Source: Bacteroidia bacterium (GTDB taxonomy: Bacteria > Bacteroidota > Bacteroidia > JADZBD01). From it: 64,000 bases of DNA. The first letter of the stretch is position 1, and every line of letters begins with the position of its first letter. The stretch lies in contig JAGVMA010000068.1 of assembly GCA_020054095.1 (NCBI GenBank), forward strand, positions 10,913-74,912. Direction: 5' to 3'. Below are positions 20,138 through 30,630 of this stretch, in pieces. The notes beneath the pieces were generated by a model that saw nothing but the letters and a program-made list of their open reading frames with translations, had not been told where the DNA came from and ran no database searches. The translations under genes were made by a program, and so were the position numbers.

Positions 20138-22105
20138 ATGATAAAACACAGTTTTTTTACTTTACTACTTTTTGTTGCCACTGCTGCCACACCGCAGCGC
20201 ATTAGCCACGAGTATTTAAAATACGATTGGGATACCGACCCCAAACTTCACGAACTAAGAGGCAATGAAACTAAAGAGGGAACAGTCATACTTCGTGATA
20301 AACGCATGCACGAGTTTTTTTACGATATACAAGGCAATTTGCTTTTATATACCACACACCACCGCACTATAAAAGTAAATTCTGATAAGTCAATCGAGGA
20401 AAATAATAAGGTGTATATATCGGCATCAAATGTTTTGGAATTTGTGGAAGTAAAAGCGCGCTCACTGTCAAAAGATGGAAAGGTAACCGTGCTTAACAAA
20501 ACGAATATTAAAGATGTTGACAATTTGGAGAACTCCGGTCCATATAAAATTTTTGCATTCGAAGGAGTAGAAGTTGGCAGCGAAATAGAGTATTTGTATA
20601 CTACAAAAAAATATCCTAATTCGTATGTTGGTGGTGGCGAGTTTGTTCAATCGGATGAAATAAGACACGAAGTGGAAATATCACTCATCTGCCCCGATAA
20701 TTTAAAATTTGAATTGAAAAGCTATAACGGATTCTCCGAATTTAAAGATTCGCGCTTGGATGGCGACCGCAGAATATATACTGCAAAAATGGATACGATT
20801 CCGCTTCTAAAAAGTGAAAAATATGCTGCTTATCAGGCAAATCTTATGCGTGTGGAATACCGCCTTGCATCTAACGATGATAAAAAATTATTTTCATACA
20901 GCATTGCTGCCGACCGCTATTATTCTGTTATAACCGGCTTAGAGAAAAATCACAAAAAAGATGTAGCTAAGCTGCTTAAAAAAATTAAACTGGATAAAAA
21001 AGCATCAACCGAAATTCAGATTAAACAAATTGAAAGTTATGTGAAACAAAATTTTTTAGTTTTTGACTTAGGCGGCTCCGATTTATTTTCGGATGTATCG
21101 CAAGTTATAAAAGGAAAAATTGGTAGCGAAGTAGCAATGCTTAAAATATATGTTGAACTTTTTAGGCAAGCAAAATTAGATGCCGAAGTGGTTTTTACAA
21201 CCGAGAGAGGCTACAAAAGATTCGATGCCAACTTTGAATCGTGGGCTTATTTAGATAAAATTTTACTTTATTTTCCTGCCATTGACCAATTTATGGCTCC
21301 GGGCGAAAAATACACACGCACCGGTTTTGTACCGCAAGATTGGACCGAGAATGACGGACTTTTTGTTAAACCCGTGGAAGCCGGTGGTGTGGTAATGGGA
21401 GTAGGAAAAGTAAAAAAAATAAAAACACCCGGCTACAAACTTAGCTACGATAATATTTATGCCGATATAAAATTCGACAACGACTTTACTGAAACAACTA
21501 TTCACTTAAAGCGCACTTTTACCGGCTATAGCTCAGCCGGAATTCAACCGCTTTACACTGCTTTGCCTGATGATCAACGAAAAGGATTAGTAAACGATTT
21601 GATGAAAATTATTGCCGAAGATTCTAAAATATCGGATACGGTTGTGAGCAATTACGATGAGCAGTCGCTTTTTATAAAACCATTTACCATTGAAGGAAAT
21701 GTTAAAACACAATCAATGTTCGAAAAAGCAGGCGATAAATATTTGTTTAAAATAGGTAACGTAATAGGCCCGCAAGCCGAGTTATATCAGGAAGAAAAAA
21801 GAAAAACAGATGTAGAGAATGAATTTAACCGTGGCTATTACCGCGAAATTACATTCACAATTCCTGATGGATATAAAATTACCAACCTCAGTGCCTTGAA
21901 CTTTAATGTGGCTTGCGGTGATGCTTCCAATCCGGAAGCAGAATTTAAATCGAGCTACACTATTAATGGCAATAAAGTTAAAATTGTAATAGATGAAAAT
22001 TACCGCCAGCTAATATTGCCCATCACTAAGTTTGAAGATTTTAGAAAAGTAATTAATGCTGCTGCCGATTTTAATAAAGTAGTTCTCTTTTTAGAAAAAA
22101 AATAA
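20138..22105 (+). CDS. DUF3857-family protein, paralog of the upstream gene
   Basis: Similar size and architecture to 18192..20129, with a signal peptide, and in tandem with it. No transglutaminase Cys motif seen. Confidence 0.5.
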   Translation: MIKHSFFTLLLFVATAATPQRISHEYLKYDWDTDPKLHELRGNETKEGTVILRDKRMHEFFYDIQGNLLLYTTHHRTIKVNSDKSIEENNKVYISASNVLEFVEVKARSLSKDGKVTVLNKTNIKDVDNLENSGPYKIFAFEGVEVGSEIEYLYTTKKYPNSYVGGGEFVQSDEIRHEVEISLICPDNLKFELKSYNGFSEFKDSRLDGDRRIYTAKMDTIPLLKSEKYAAYQANLMRVEYRLASNDDKKLFSYSIAADRYYSVITGLEKNHKKDVAKLLKKIKLDKKASTEIQIKQIESYVKQNFLVFDLGGSDLFSDVSQVIKGKIGSEVAMLKIYVELFRQAKLDAEVVFTTERGYKRFDANFESWAYLDKILLYFPAIDQFMAPGEKYTRTGFVPQDWTENDGLFVKPVEAGGVVMGVGKVKKIKTPGYKLSYDNIYADIKFDNDFTETTIHLKRTFTGYSSAGIQPLYTALPDDQRKGLVNDLMKIIAEDSKISDTVVSNYDEQSLFIKPFTIEGNVKTQSMFEKAGDKYLFKIGNVIGPQAELYQEEKRKTDVENEFNRGYYREITFTIPDGYKITNLSALNFNVACGDASNPEAEFKSSYTINGNKVKIVIDENYRQLILPITKFEDFRKVINAAADFNKVVLFLEKK

Positions 22106-22117
22106 AAACACATAACC

Positions 22118-23278
22118 ATGCCACGTATATTAATTGTTGACGATGAAAAAAGTATCCGCAAAGCTTTACGCGAAATTTTGGAGTACGAAGATTTTAAAGT
22201 AGATGAAGCTGCCGATGGCGCAGAAGGATTAGCGGCTCTGCAAAAAGAAAAGTTTGATATTGTGCTTTGCGATATTAAGATGCCTAAAGTGGATGGCATG
22301 GAAGTATTAGACAAAGCGCTCGATGCCGATACCGATACCCCTATTATTATGATTTCAGGACACGGAACAATTGAAACAGCAGTAGAAGCAGTAAAAAAAG
22401 GAGCTTACGATTTTATTGCCAAGCCGCTTGATTTAAACAGGCTGCTCGTTACCATTCGCAATGCGATGGACAAATCTAAATTAGTAACCGAAACCAAAGT
22501 GCTAAAGCGCAAGGTTACTAAAACCTATGATATGATAGGCGACAGCAAACCAATTTTACAAATAAAAGAAATGGTGGACAGAGTTGCGCCTACCGAAGCT
22601 CGTGTGCTCATTACCGGAAGCAACGGAACAGGCAAAGAATTGGTTGCACGTTGGCTACACGAAAAAAGCAACCGAGCAGGCGCACCCATGGTTGAAGTAA
22701 ACTGTGCCGCTATTCCGTCAGAATTAATTGAAAGCGAACTTTTTGGGCACGAAAAAGGTGCATTCACATCTGCTGTTGCACAGCGCAAAGGTAAATTTGA
22801 AGTAGCCGAGGGCGGAACCATTTTCTTAGATGAAATTGGCGATATGAGCTTATCGGCACAAGCAAAAGTATTGCGAGCACTGCAAGAAAATAAAATTACA
22901 CGCGTAGGTGGCGATAAAGAATTTAAAGTGAACGTGCGGGTGATAGCGGCTACTAATAAAGATTTGCAAAATGAAATAAAAGAAAACCGTTTTCGCGAAG
23001 ATTTATATCACCGCCTCAGCGTTATTTTAATTCATGTGCCGGCACTTAACGATAGAAAAGAAGACATTCCATTGCTGGTTGAGCATTTTGCTAAGTTGAT
23101 TTCTGATGAACAAGGGCTTCCGCAAAAAACATTCAGCAAAGAATCGCTTAAAGAATTGCAAAAAATTAACTGGACCGGAAACATTCGAGAACTTCGCAAC
23201 GTAGTAGAACGCCTGCTTATATTGTGCGATAAAACAATCACTGATAAAGATGTGGCGGCTTATGCAAGGCCTAAGTAA
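22118..23278 (+). CDS. Sigma-54-dependent response regulator (receiver plus AAA+ sigma-54 activator domains, no C-terminal HTH)
   Basis: Receiver Asp region (FDIVLCDIKMP). Walker A GSNGTGKE, the GAFTSA sigma-54 contact loop, and ESELFGHEKGAFT. The protein ends at aa 386 right after the AAA+ domain with no Fis-type HTH. Confidence 0.8.
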   Translation: MPRILIVDDEKSIRKALREILEYEDFKVDEAADGAEGLAALQKEKFDIVLCDIKMPKVDGMEVLDKALDADTDTPIIMISGHGTIETAVEAVKKGAYDFIAKPLDLNRLLVTIRNAMDKSKLVTETKVLKRKVTKTYDMIGDSKPILQIKEMVDRVAPTEARVLITGSNGTGKELVARWLHEKSNRAGAPMVEVNCAAIPSELIESELFGHEKGAFTSAVAQRKGKFEVAEGGTIFLDEIGDMSLSAQAKVLRALQENKITRVGGDKEFKVNVRVIAATNKDLQNEIKENRFREDLYHRLSVILIHVPALNDRKEDIPLLVEHFAKLISDEQGLPQKTFSKESLKELQKINWTGNIRELRNVVERLLILCDKTITDKDVAAYARPK

Positions 23279-23291
23279 GTGTTGAGAAAAA

Positions 23292-23918
23292 CTAATCGTA
23301 AACTACTTTGTAAATTTTAAGCATTGCATCGCACGATGTGTAGCTAACCACATACACTTCTGTGCGCTTGTTTTTGTTCACGTCAAATTCAAAAACTTTA
23401 ATATTGTTTAACCCAATAAATTGCACACTACTTTTTTTAGTGCTCACTTTTACTTTGTTTTTGCGAGTATCAATGCAGCGCTGCTCACGCTGCGTAATCA
23501 CATAAGGGCTGTTAGCAGTTGTAAAATCGGTTAAATCAAAATCAATAACTATAGCCACTTTATATGGATTAGGTTCTCCATCGGCAGTAAATTCAACCGG
23601 ACTGTATTTTAATTCTACATCAGCAAGTTTAACTGTGGGCGTAATTCCGTTTTTATCTAACTGCAAATTATAGGTAGAGGCGTAAGACGAAAAAACCAAA
23701 GTGGTGCTGTCTTTATAAACAAAACAAACTTTAAATCCTTTGTGAAAATGGCTGCCGTATTTGCCGTTATACAATTCGTAAACCTTTGCTTTGCCTGTTA
23801 TTACTATTAAACTGTCGGTTTTGGCTATTTGCTTTTGCGGAATAAATTTTGGTAAATTTTGGGCTATAACACTATAAAACATAGTGGTGAACAATATGTA
23901 AATAAGATGGGGGCGCAT
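23292..23918 (-). CDS. Hypothetical secreted protein
   Basis: 208-aa ORF with an N-terminal hydrophobic signal-like segment. No recognisable motif. Confidence 0.4.
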   Translation of the reverse strand: MRPHLIYILFTTMFYSVIAQNLPKFIPQKQIAKTDSLIVITGKAKVYELYNGKYGSHFHKGFKVCFVYKDSTTLVFSSYASTYNLQLDKNGITPTVKLADVELKYSPVEFTADGEPNPYKVAIVIDFDLTDFTTANSPYVITQREQRCIDTRKNKVKVSTKKSSVQFIGLNNIKVFEFDVNKNKRTEVYVVSYTSCDAMLKIYKVVYD

Positions 23919-23943
23919 TTCGAGATAAATGTATAAATATTTC

Positions 23944-23951
23944 TACTTTTG
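23944..23951 (+). promoter_or_regulatory. Candidate Bacteroidota sigma-A -7 element (TAnnTTTG) upstream of eno
   Basis: TACTTTTG lies 50 bp upstream of the eno ATG. Pattern match only. Confidence 0.25.
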
Positions 23952-23983
23952 CTCACCAAATAATTTTTTAACACAAAATTTAA

Positions 23984-25288
<1,305 letters not shown>

Positions 25289-25302
25289 TCTATTTTTCAG
25301 AG

Positions 25303-26115
25303 TTAAATTTCTTTTACTACATCGTAGCCATAACGCATTATCATTATTGCTACGATAAAGAGAAAGATGATGCGCACAAAAGCGTTTCCTTTTTTTAGTG
25401 CAATTTTACTGCCTATTACACTGCCTGCAATATTGCAGATGGCCATTAGCATTGCAATATCAAGCAAATAATTGCCCTGCTTTATAAAAACTATTAATGC
25501 CGAAATATTGGTAAAGCAATTTATTATTTTAGCGTAAGCCGAAGCGGCAACAAATTCAAATCCTAAAATAACAACAAAGCCAAGCACAAAAAAACTGCCC
25601 GTTCCGGGCCCGAAAAATCCATCGTAAAAACCTACTATCACTGCTATTAAAGCACCTAACCACATTTGCCTTTTGGCAGATAATGTTTTGCTTTGCACCG
25701 CACCCAAATCTTTTTTAATAAAAGTGTAAATGGCAATTAAAACAAGTACCACCAAAATTGCGGGCTTTAGCGTGGTTACATTTATGTATGTTACGGCTTT
25801 TGCCCCACAATAAGACGCAGCAAATGAAAAAACCGAAACAACAAACAATAATTTAAAATTAAATTTTATGCGCCTTGCATATTGGTAAGCAGCCACTGTG
25901 GTGCCGGCAAGTGCCGCTATTTTATTAGTGCCAAACAAATTGGGCAGGGCAGTAGCGGGCAAGTTAATAAGCAAGGCAGGCAATTGAATAAGTCCGCCAC
26001 CGCCCACCACGGCATCAATAAAGCCGGCCACAAATGCTAAAACCCCAAGCGTTATTATTGTTAAAACGGTGTAATTGGCAAAAAAATCAATAATTAATAT
26101 ACAAACACAAGTCAT
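25303..26115 (-). CDS. Sulfite exporter TauE/SafE-family (DUF81) membrane protein
   Basis: ~270-aa polytopic membrane protein with two halves of Gly-rich helices (GGGGLI...P.L; GFFGPGTGSF). Confidence 0.7.
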   Translation of the reverse strand: MTCVCILIIDFFANYTVLTIITLGVLAFVAGFIDAVVGGGGLIQLPALLINLPATALPNLFGTNKIAALAGTTVAAYQYARRIKFNFKLLFVVSVFSFAASYCGAKAVTYINVTTLKPAILVVLVLIAIYTFIKKDLGAVQSKTLSAKRQMWLGALIAVIVGFYDGFFGPGTGSFFVLGFVVILGFEFVAASAYAKIINCFTNISALIVFIKQGNYLLDIAMLMAICNIAGSVIGSKIALKKGNAFVRIIFLFIVAIMIMRYGYDVVKEI

Positions 26116-26169
26116 TGCATCACAATAGTAATGTTTTTTGCTTTATTTATTTTCATACCCATTGCATGT

Positions 26170-26210
26170 TTCAATTAAAGCATGGAGGTACTCAATTAAA
26201 GCATGGAGGT
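26170..26210. repeat. Tandem direct repeat (19-bp unit x2, 21-bp period) in the TauE promoter region
   Basis: tcaattaaagcatggaggt at 26171-26189, the 2-bp spacer ac, then the same 19 bp again at 26192-26210. Confidence 0.8.
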
Positions 26211-26244
26211 GCTTTAACAAGCCGAAAAATACAATAAAAGCTAA

Positions 26245-26883
26245 CTACTTTTTCTCTTTCACCTCGCCCAAAAAGCTAATTACGCAAGTGCTTTTAGCAG
26301 TTTTATGGCTGCGGATAGCGATGCCGGCAAATTTAAAATTAGCGTTTAAAATATTTTTTCGGTGGCCGCTGTCGCCCACACCTTCATCTATAATAAGTGT
26401 GCACACCGTTTTTAACGCATTACCTAATCCATAGTAACAGTTTTCGCCCACCCAGCCGCTGTATTTTTTCTTCACCTCTTTTGTGTAGCGCTCTTCAAAT
26501 CCCTGATGACCTTTGCTTCCGCTTTTGCCGCTTTTTTCGGCATAGTCGGCAGCAATTTTAGTTACTTCATCGCTCGGCAAAAGCACACCCATTTTTGATG
26601 TGGAGTTTAAATCATCTTGCGCTTTTTTTAAATACGCGCTGCCTTTGTAATTAACCGAATCGGTATAAAATTTAAGTATAGTGGCTTCAAATAATGGCGG
26701 ATTAATTCGTGCCAAATTCATGTAAAACAACACCGCTTTTTCTTCTGCCGATAGCGATACATCATCTTTTCCGGTATTAGCTTTTTCTAAATCTTTTTTA
26801 TCCCATTGTGCAAATTTATCGGTGCTTGCCGGAGCAAATGATAGAAAAATAACTGCTACTGATAACATAAATAGTTTGTACAT
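26245..26883 (-). CDS. CAP/SCP-family (cysteine-rich secretory protein-like) secreted protein
   Basis: Signal peptide. CAP motifs (GHQGF..., GENCYYG, GHRKNIL). Confidence 0.7.
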   Translation of the reverse strand: MYKLFMLSVAVIFLSFAPASTDKFAQWDKKDLEKANTGKDDVSLSAEEKAVLFYMNLARINPPLFEATILKFYTDSVNYKGSAYLKKAQDDLNSTSKMGVLLPSDEVTKIAADYAEKSGKSGSKGHQGFEERYTKEVKKKYSGWVGENCYYGLGNALKTVCTLIIDEGVGDSGHRKNILNANFKFAGIAIRSHKTAKSTCVISFLGEVKEKK

Positions 26884-26958
26884 AAATTTGTTTTTTGTTT
26901 TGATAAAAATAAAAAATACAGCTAAAAATTGTTGCTATTTTTATGAGCAATTATCAGC

Positions 26959-28614
26959 ATGCTAAAAAGTATTACCATAAATAATTATGCCCTTATTGAT
27001 GAGCTAAACATTAATCTCGATAGCGGCTTAACCATTATAACTGGCGAAACAGGAGCCGGAAAATCTATCTTACTTGGTGCACTTGCACTTGTTTTGGGCG
27101 ATAGAGCTGATTCATCGGCATTACAGGAGAAAACCAAAAAATGTGTTGTGGAGGGAGTGTTCGATTTATCAAAACAAAAGCTAAAAAGTTTTTTTGCCGA
27201 TAACGATTTAGATTACGAAACACTTTGCACCATTCGCAGAGAAATTAGTGCTGAGGGCAAATCAAGAGCATTTATTAATGATACACCAGTTACGTTACAA
27301 GTTTTAAAAACTTTGGGTGAATCGTTAATTGATGTCCATTCGCAACACCAAACGCTTATCCTTAATAAAGCTAATTTTCAGTTGGCCGTGGTAGATGCTT
27401 TTGCTGAACATGTAAAAGATGTGGATGCTTACACTACTGATTACGCTGCATATAAAAAACGTAGCGAGCAATTAATTGTTTTAGAAAACGAGGAAGCGCA
27501 ATCAAAAAAAGATGTAGATTATTTTCAGTTTCAGTTTACAGAATTAGAACAAGCAGATTTAGATGCAATTGATTTGCCGGCAATGGAAAGTGAATTGCAA
27601 ACACTGATGAATGCAGAAGACATAAAAGCTAACTTGTTGCGTATAACTAATTCCTTAACGGGTGGCGATGTAAATTTACTTTCATCATTAAGCGAAGTGA
27701 AACAAGTATTGACGCAATTGGCTAAATTCAATAAAGAAATAGCAGCACTAAGCGAACGTACAAATGCATCGCTGATTGAGTTAAAAGATATTGCCCGCGA
27801 AATAGAATCGGTGGAAGAAGATGTTGTTTACAATCCTAAACGGATGGAGGAGTTGTCGGCAAAAACAGATGAGCTAAACCGCTTGTTGCTGAAACATCGT
27901 GTGCAAAACACGGCAGATTTAATTGCAATACGTAACACCTTAGCCGATAAATTGCAAGGCATTTCATCGCTCGATATTCAAATAGAAAAACTAAAAAAAG
28001 AAATGGCACTTGCCGAGAAAAATTTATTTTCTAAAGCACAAAAACTTTCAAAGGCAAGGCAAGCGGCTATGCCACAAATAGAAAAAGAGATAAGCAAAAC
28101 GCTTACACAGCTTGGTATGCCCAATGCTCAACTAATTGTGAAAAGCGATGTAACAGATAAACTAACTGCAACCGGAATTGATTCTGTTGGTTTTCTTTTT
28201 TCGGCTAATAAAGGCAGCAATGCTAAGGAACTAAACAAAGTGGCATCGGGTGGCGAATTGTCTCGCTTAATGCTGAGCATAAAAGCATTGGTGGCAAAGT
28301 TAACACAATTGCCATCTATCATTTTTGATGAAATAGATACAGGAGTTTCGGGCGATGTGGCAAATAAAGTGGGCGAAATTATGAGCAAAATGGGTGTAAG
28401 CATGCAAGTAATTGCAATTACACATTTGCCTCAAATTGCAGGAAAAGGCGCTGCACACTTGTTCGTTTTCAAAGAAATAAAAAACGGAAAAACTTTCACA
28501 AGAATTAAAGAACTTAATAAGGAGGAGCGCATTTATGAAATTGCCCGCATGTTAAGTACCGATAAACCTACTGATGCAGCCATAAAAAATGCCAAAGAAT
28601 TGTTAAAAGTTTAA
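26959..28614 (+). CDS. recN: DNA repair protein RecN
   Basis: N-terminal Walker A (GETGAGKS), long coiled coil, C-terminal SMC signature and Walker B (LSGGELSRLMLS...IFDEIDTG). Confidence 0.9.
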   Translation: MLKSITINNYALIDELNINLDSGLTIITGETGAGKSILLGALALVLGDRADSSALQEKTKKCVVEGVFDLSKQKLKSFFADNDLDYETLCTIRREISAEGKSRAFINDTPVTLQVLKTLGESLIDVHSQHQTLILNKANFQLAVVDAFAEHVKDVDAYTTDYAAYKKRSEQLIVLENEEAQSKKDVDYFQFQFTELEQADLDAIDLPAMESELQTLMNAEDIKANLLRITNSLTGGDVNLLSSLSEVKQVLTQLAKFNKEIAALSERTNASLIELKDIAREIESVEEDVVYNPKRMEELSAKTDELNRLLLKHRVQNTADLIAIRNTLADKLQGISSLDIQIEKLKKEMALAEKNLFSKAQKLSKARQAAMPQIEKEISKTLTQLGMPNAQLIVKSDVTDKLTATGIDSVGFLFSANKGSNAKELNKVASGGELSRLMLSIKALVAKLTQLPSIIFDEIDTGVSGDVANKVGEIMSKMGVSMQVIAITHLPQIAGKGAAHLFVFKEIKNGKTFTRIKELNKEERIYEIARMLSTDKPTDAAIKNAKELLKV

Positions 28615-28617
28615 AGC

Positions 28618-28625
28618 TATATTTG
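28618..28625 (+). promoter_or_regulatory. Candidate Bacteroidota -7 promoter element (TATATTTG) upstream of fabI
   Basis: TAnnTTTG match 24 bp upstream of the fabI ATG. Pattern match only. Confidence 0.2.
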
Positions 28626-28648
28626 TTAATCTCAAAAAAAGAAAAATT

Positions 28649-29452
28649 ATGTTAGGAATATTAGCAGGAAAAAAAGGAATTATATCAGGCGCATTGGATG
28701 CAAATTCAATAGCATGGAAAGTAGCCGAAACAGCTCACAAGCAAGGCGCTAAAATAGTTTTAACCAATGCGCCTATCGCCATGCGAATGGGCGAAATAAA
28801 AAAATTAGCCGAGCAAACCGGTTCAGAAATTATACCGGCTGACGCAACTTCTGTTGAAGAGTTAACTAATTTGTTTGCCAAATCGCAAGAGGCACTTGGC
28901 GGAAAAATTGATTTTGTGCTGCATTCAATTGGGATGTCGCCAAACATTCGAAAGAACATTCCTTACACCGAATTGAATTACGATTTCTACAATAAAAGTA
29001 TTGATGTGTCGGCTTTATCGTTGCATAAAATGCTTAGCGTAGCTTATAAAATGGACGCAATAAATGAATGGGGAAGCGTGGTTGCTTTATCATACATAGC
29101 AGCTCAACGCGTGTTTCCGTTTTATACTGACATGGCCGAAGCAAAAGCCGTGCTCGAATCAATTGTTCGTAGTTTTGGTTACCATTACGGAAAAGCAAAA
29201 AAAGTTCGTGTAAATAGTATTTCACAATCGCCAACAAAAACCACTGCCGGTGCCGGTATAAAAGGATTTGAGTCGTTTTACGATTTTGCAGAACAAATGT
29301 CGCCACTTGGTAATGCAAGCGCACAAGCATGCGCTGATTATTGTGTAGCCATGTTTAGTGATTATACTAAAATGGTAACGATGCAAAATCTTTTCCACGA
29401 TGGCGGATACTCAAATACCGGCATAAGTGGTGAGTTAATGCAAAAGTTGTAA
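28649..29452 (+). CDS. fabI: Enoyl-[acyl-carrier-protein] reductase (NADH), FabI
   Basis: Typical FabI N-terminus (GKKGIISGALDANSIAWKVAE...GAKIVLT). ~267 aa with the SDR fold pattern. Confidence 0.85.
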   Translation: MLGILAGKKGIISGALDANSIAWKVAETAHKQGAKIVLTNAPIAMRMGEIKKLAEQTGSEIIPADATSVEELTNLFAKSQEALGGKIDFVLHSIGMSPNIRKNIPYTELNYDFYNKSIDVSALSLHKMLSVAYKMDAINEWGSVVALSYIAAQRVFPFYTDMAEAKAVLESIVRSFGYHYGKAKKVRVNSISQSPTKTTAGAGIKGFESFYDFAEQMSPLGNASAQACADYCVAMFSDYTKMVTMQNLFHDGGYSNTGISGELMQKL

Positions 29453-29488
29453 AATATTTTTCGACAAACTTCGTTATACCGAAACCAA

Positions 29489-30151
29489 TTGAATAGAAAA
29501 CATTTCATATCAGCTATTTTAGTTTTGCTAAATTTTTTTGGTTATTCGCAAGATGCAGCACCTGATGATACCAAAGGGACTATTCGTTTTACGTTTATGG
29601 TTCCACAGCCCACCGGCAACAAAGGGTTTAAGAAAAGTTTTACCGGCATTGCAGATTGTGGTTTAGAAATAAATTATAACATTAAAAATTTTGTACTTGG
29701 AGCTTATGGCAGGTATCGTTTTTTTCAGGCACGTGGCAGCCGAGCAAATAAACTGATTACTACAAATCAGGTTTCGGTGGGTGGTGGCTTAACTCTAGGA
29801 TTTGATTATCGTAAATCAAAAAATACAATCATCACACCATACATCAATGTGGGGTATAATTTTATTGAATACACTCGCGTTTCTTATTTAAACAATCCTC
29901 CTATTAATACAAGCGCATCTGGCATTAATATTGAGCCCGGTTTTAGAATTAACTGGCTAATTGAAGACGGATTTGGAATAGGCGTGTGCGCAAGTTATAA
30001 TTTACTTACTTATCAATTTAATCCTTACGATGTCTCGTTGAACGAATATTATTCTTACGATGCAAAAGATACAGAGGGAATTACACAATTTTTTAGTTTC
30101 GGATTTTGTGCATTTTGGGATTGGTCTAAACGGGCATCATCGGATTATTAA
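29489..30151 (+). CDS. Outer-membrane beta-barrel (porin-family) protein
   Basis: Signal peptide. Alternating hydrophobic beta-strand pattern. Aromatic C-terminus. Confidence 0.45.
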   Translation: MNRKHFISAILVLLNFFGYSQDAAPDDTKGTIRFTFMVPQPTGNKGFKKSFTGIADCGLEINYNIKNFVLGAYGRYRFFQARGSRANKLITTNQVSVGGGLTLGFDYRKSKNTIITPYINVGYNFIEYTRVSYLNNPPINTSASGINIEPGFRINWLIEDGFGIGVCASYNLLTYQFNPYDVSLNEYYSYDAKDTEGITQFFSFGFCAFWDWSKRASSDY

Positions 30152-30153
30152 TT

Positions 30154-30588
30154 ATGGATTGTGATACAGCATCGTGCTCTGCACAAGCAATAGGAAACAG
30201 CAATATTCACTTCATATTGCAAGTTTTAGTTTCATTTTTTTTGGCCATTACTTTTCTTCAATCAGGATGGGATAAATTAGATAACCGCACAGATAATCTT
30301 AATTGGCTTAAATCTCATTTTTCAAAATCAGTATTTAAAAATGTAGTTCCACTACTACTTATATTAATTACAGTTTTAGAAATTGCTGCGGGCACACTAA
30401 GTGCTGCTGGCATACTAGTATTGCTGTTTACGCAATGCGATTATTGGATGTTTTGGGGTAATTTATTATCAGCGGTCTCATTAATGTGTTTGTTTTTAGG
30501 CCAGCGCATCGCAAAAGATTATGCCGGAGCACAATCGTTAATTGCCTATTTCTTAATCACTCTTTTCGGTTTATGGCTTAACGGATAA
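30154..30588 (+). CDS. DoxX-family membrane protein
   Basis: Small 3-4 TM protein with a DoxX-like LQSGWDKL motif. The true start may be further downstream. Confidence 0.45.
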   Translation: MDCDTASCSAQAIGNSNIHFILQVLVSFFLAITFLQSGWDKLDNRTDNLNWLKSHFSKSVFKNVVPLLLILITVLEIAAGTLSAAGILVLLFTQCDYWMFWGNLLSAVSLMCLFLGQRIAKDYAGAQSLIAYFLITLFGLWLNG

Positions 30589-30630
30589 TAGCGGTTAAGT
30601 CAATTTTATTACTGAAATTTAGCACTGCTT

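Noticed and set aside
26138-26434. 98-aa plus-strand ORF spanning the promoter repeat into the CAP-protein gene
   Set aside because: It overlaps the well-supported CAP-family gene on the opposite strand and starts inside the tandem repeat. It has no conserved features.
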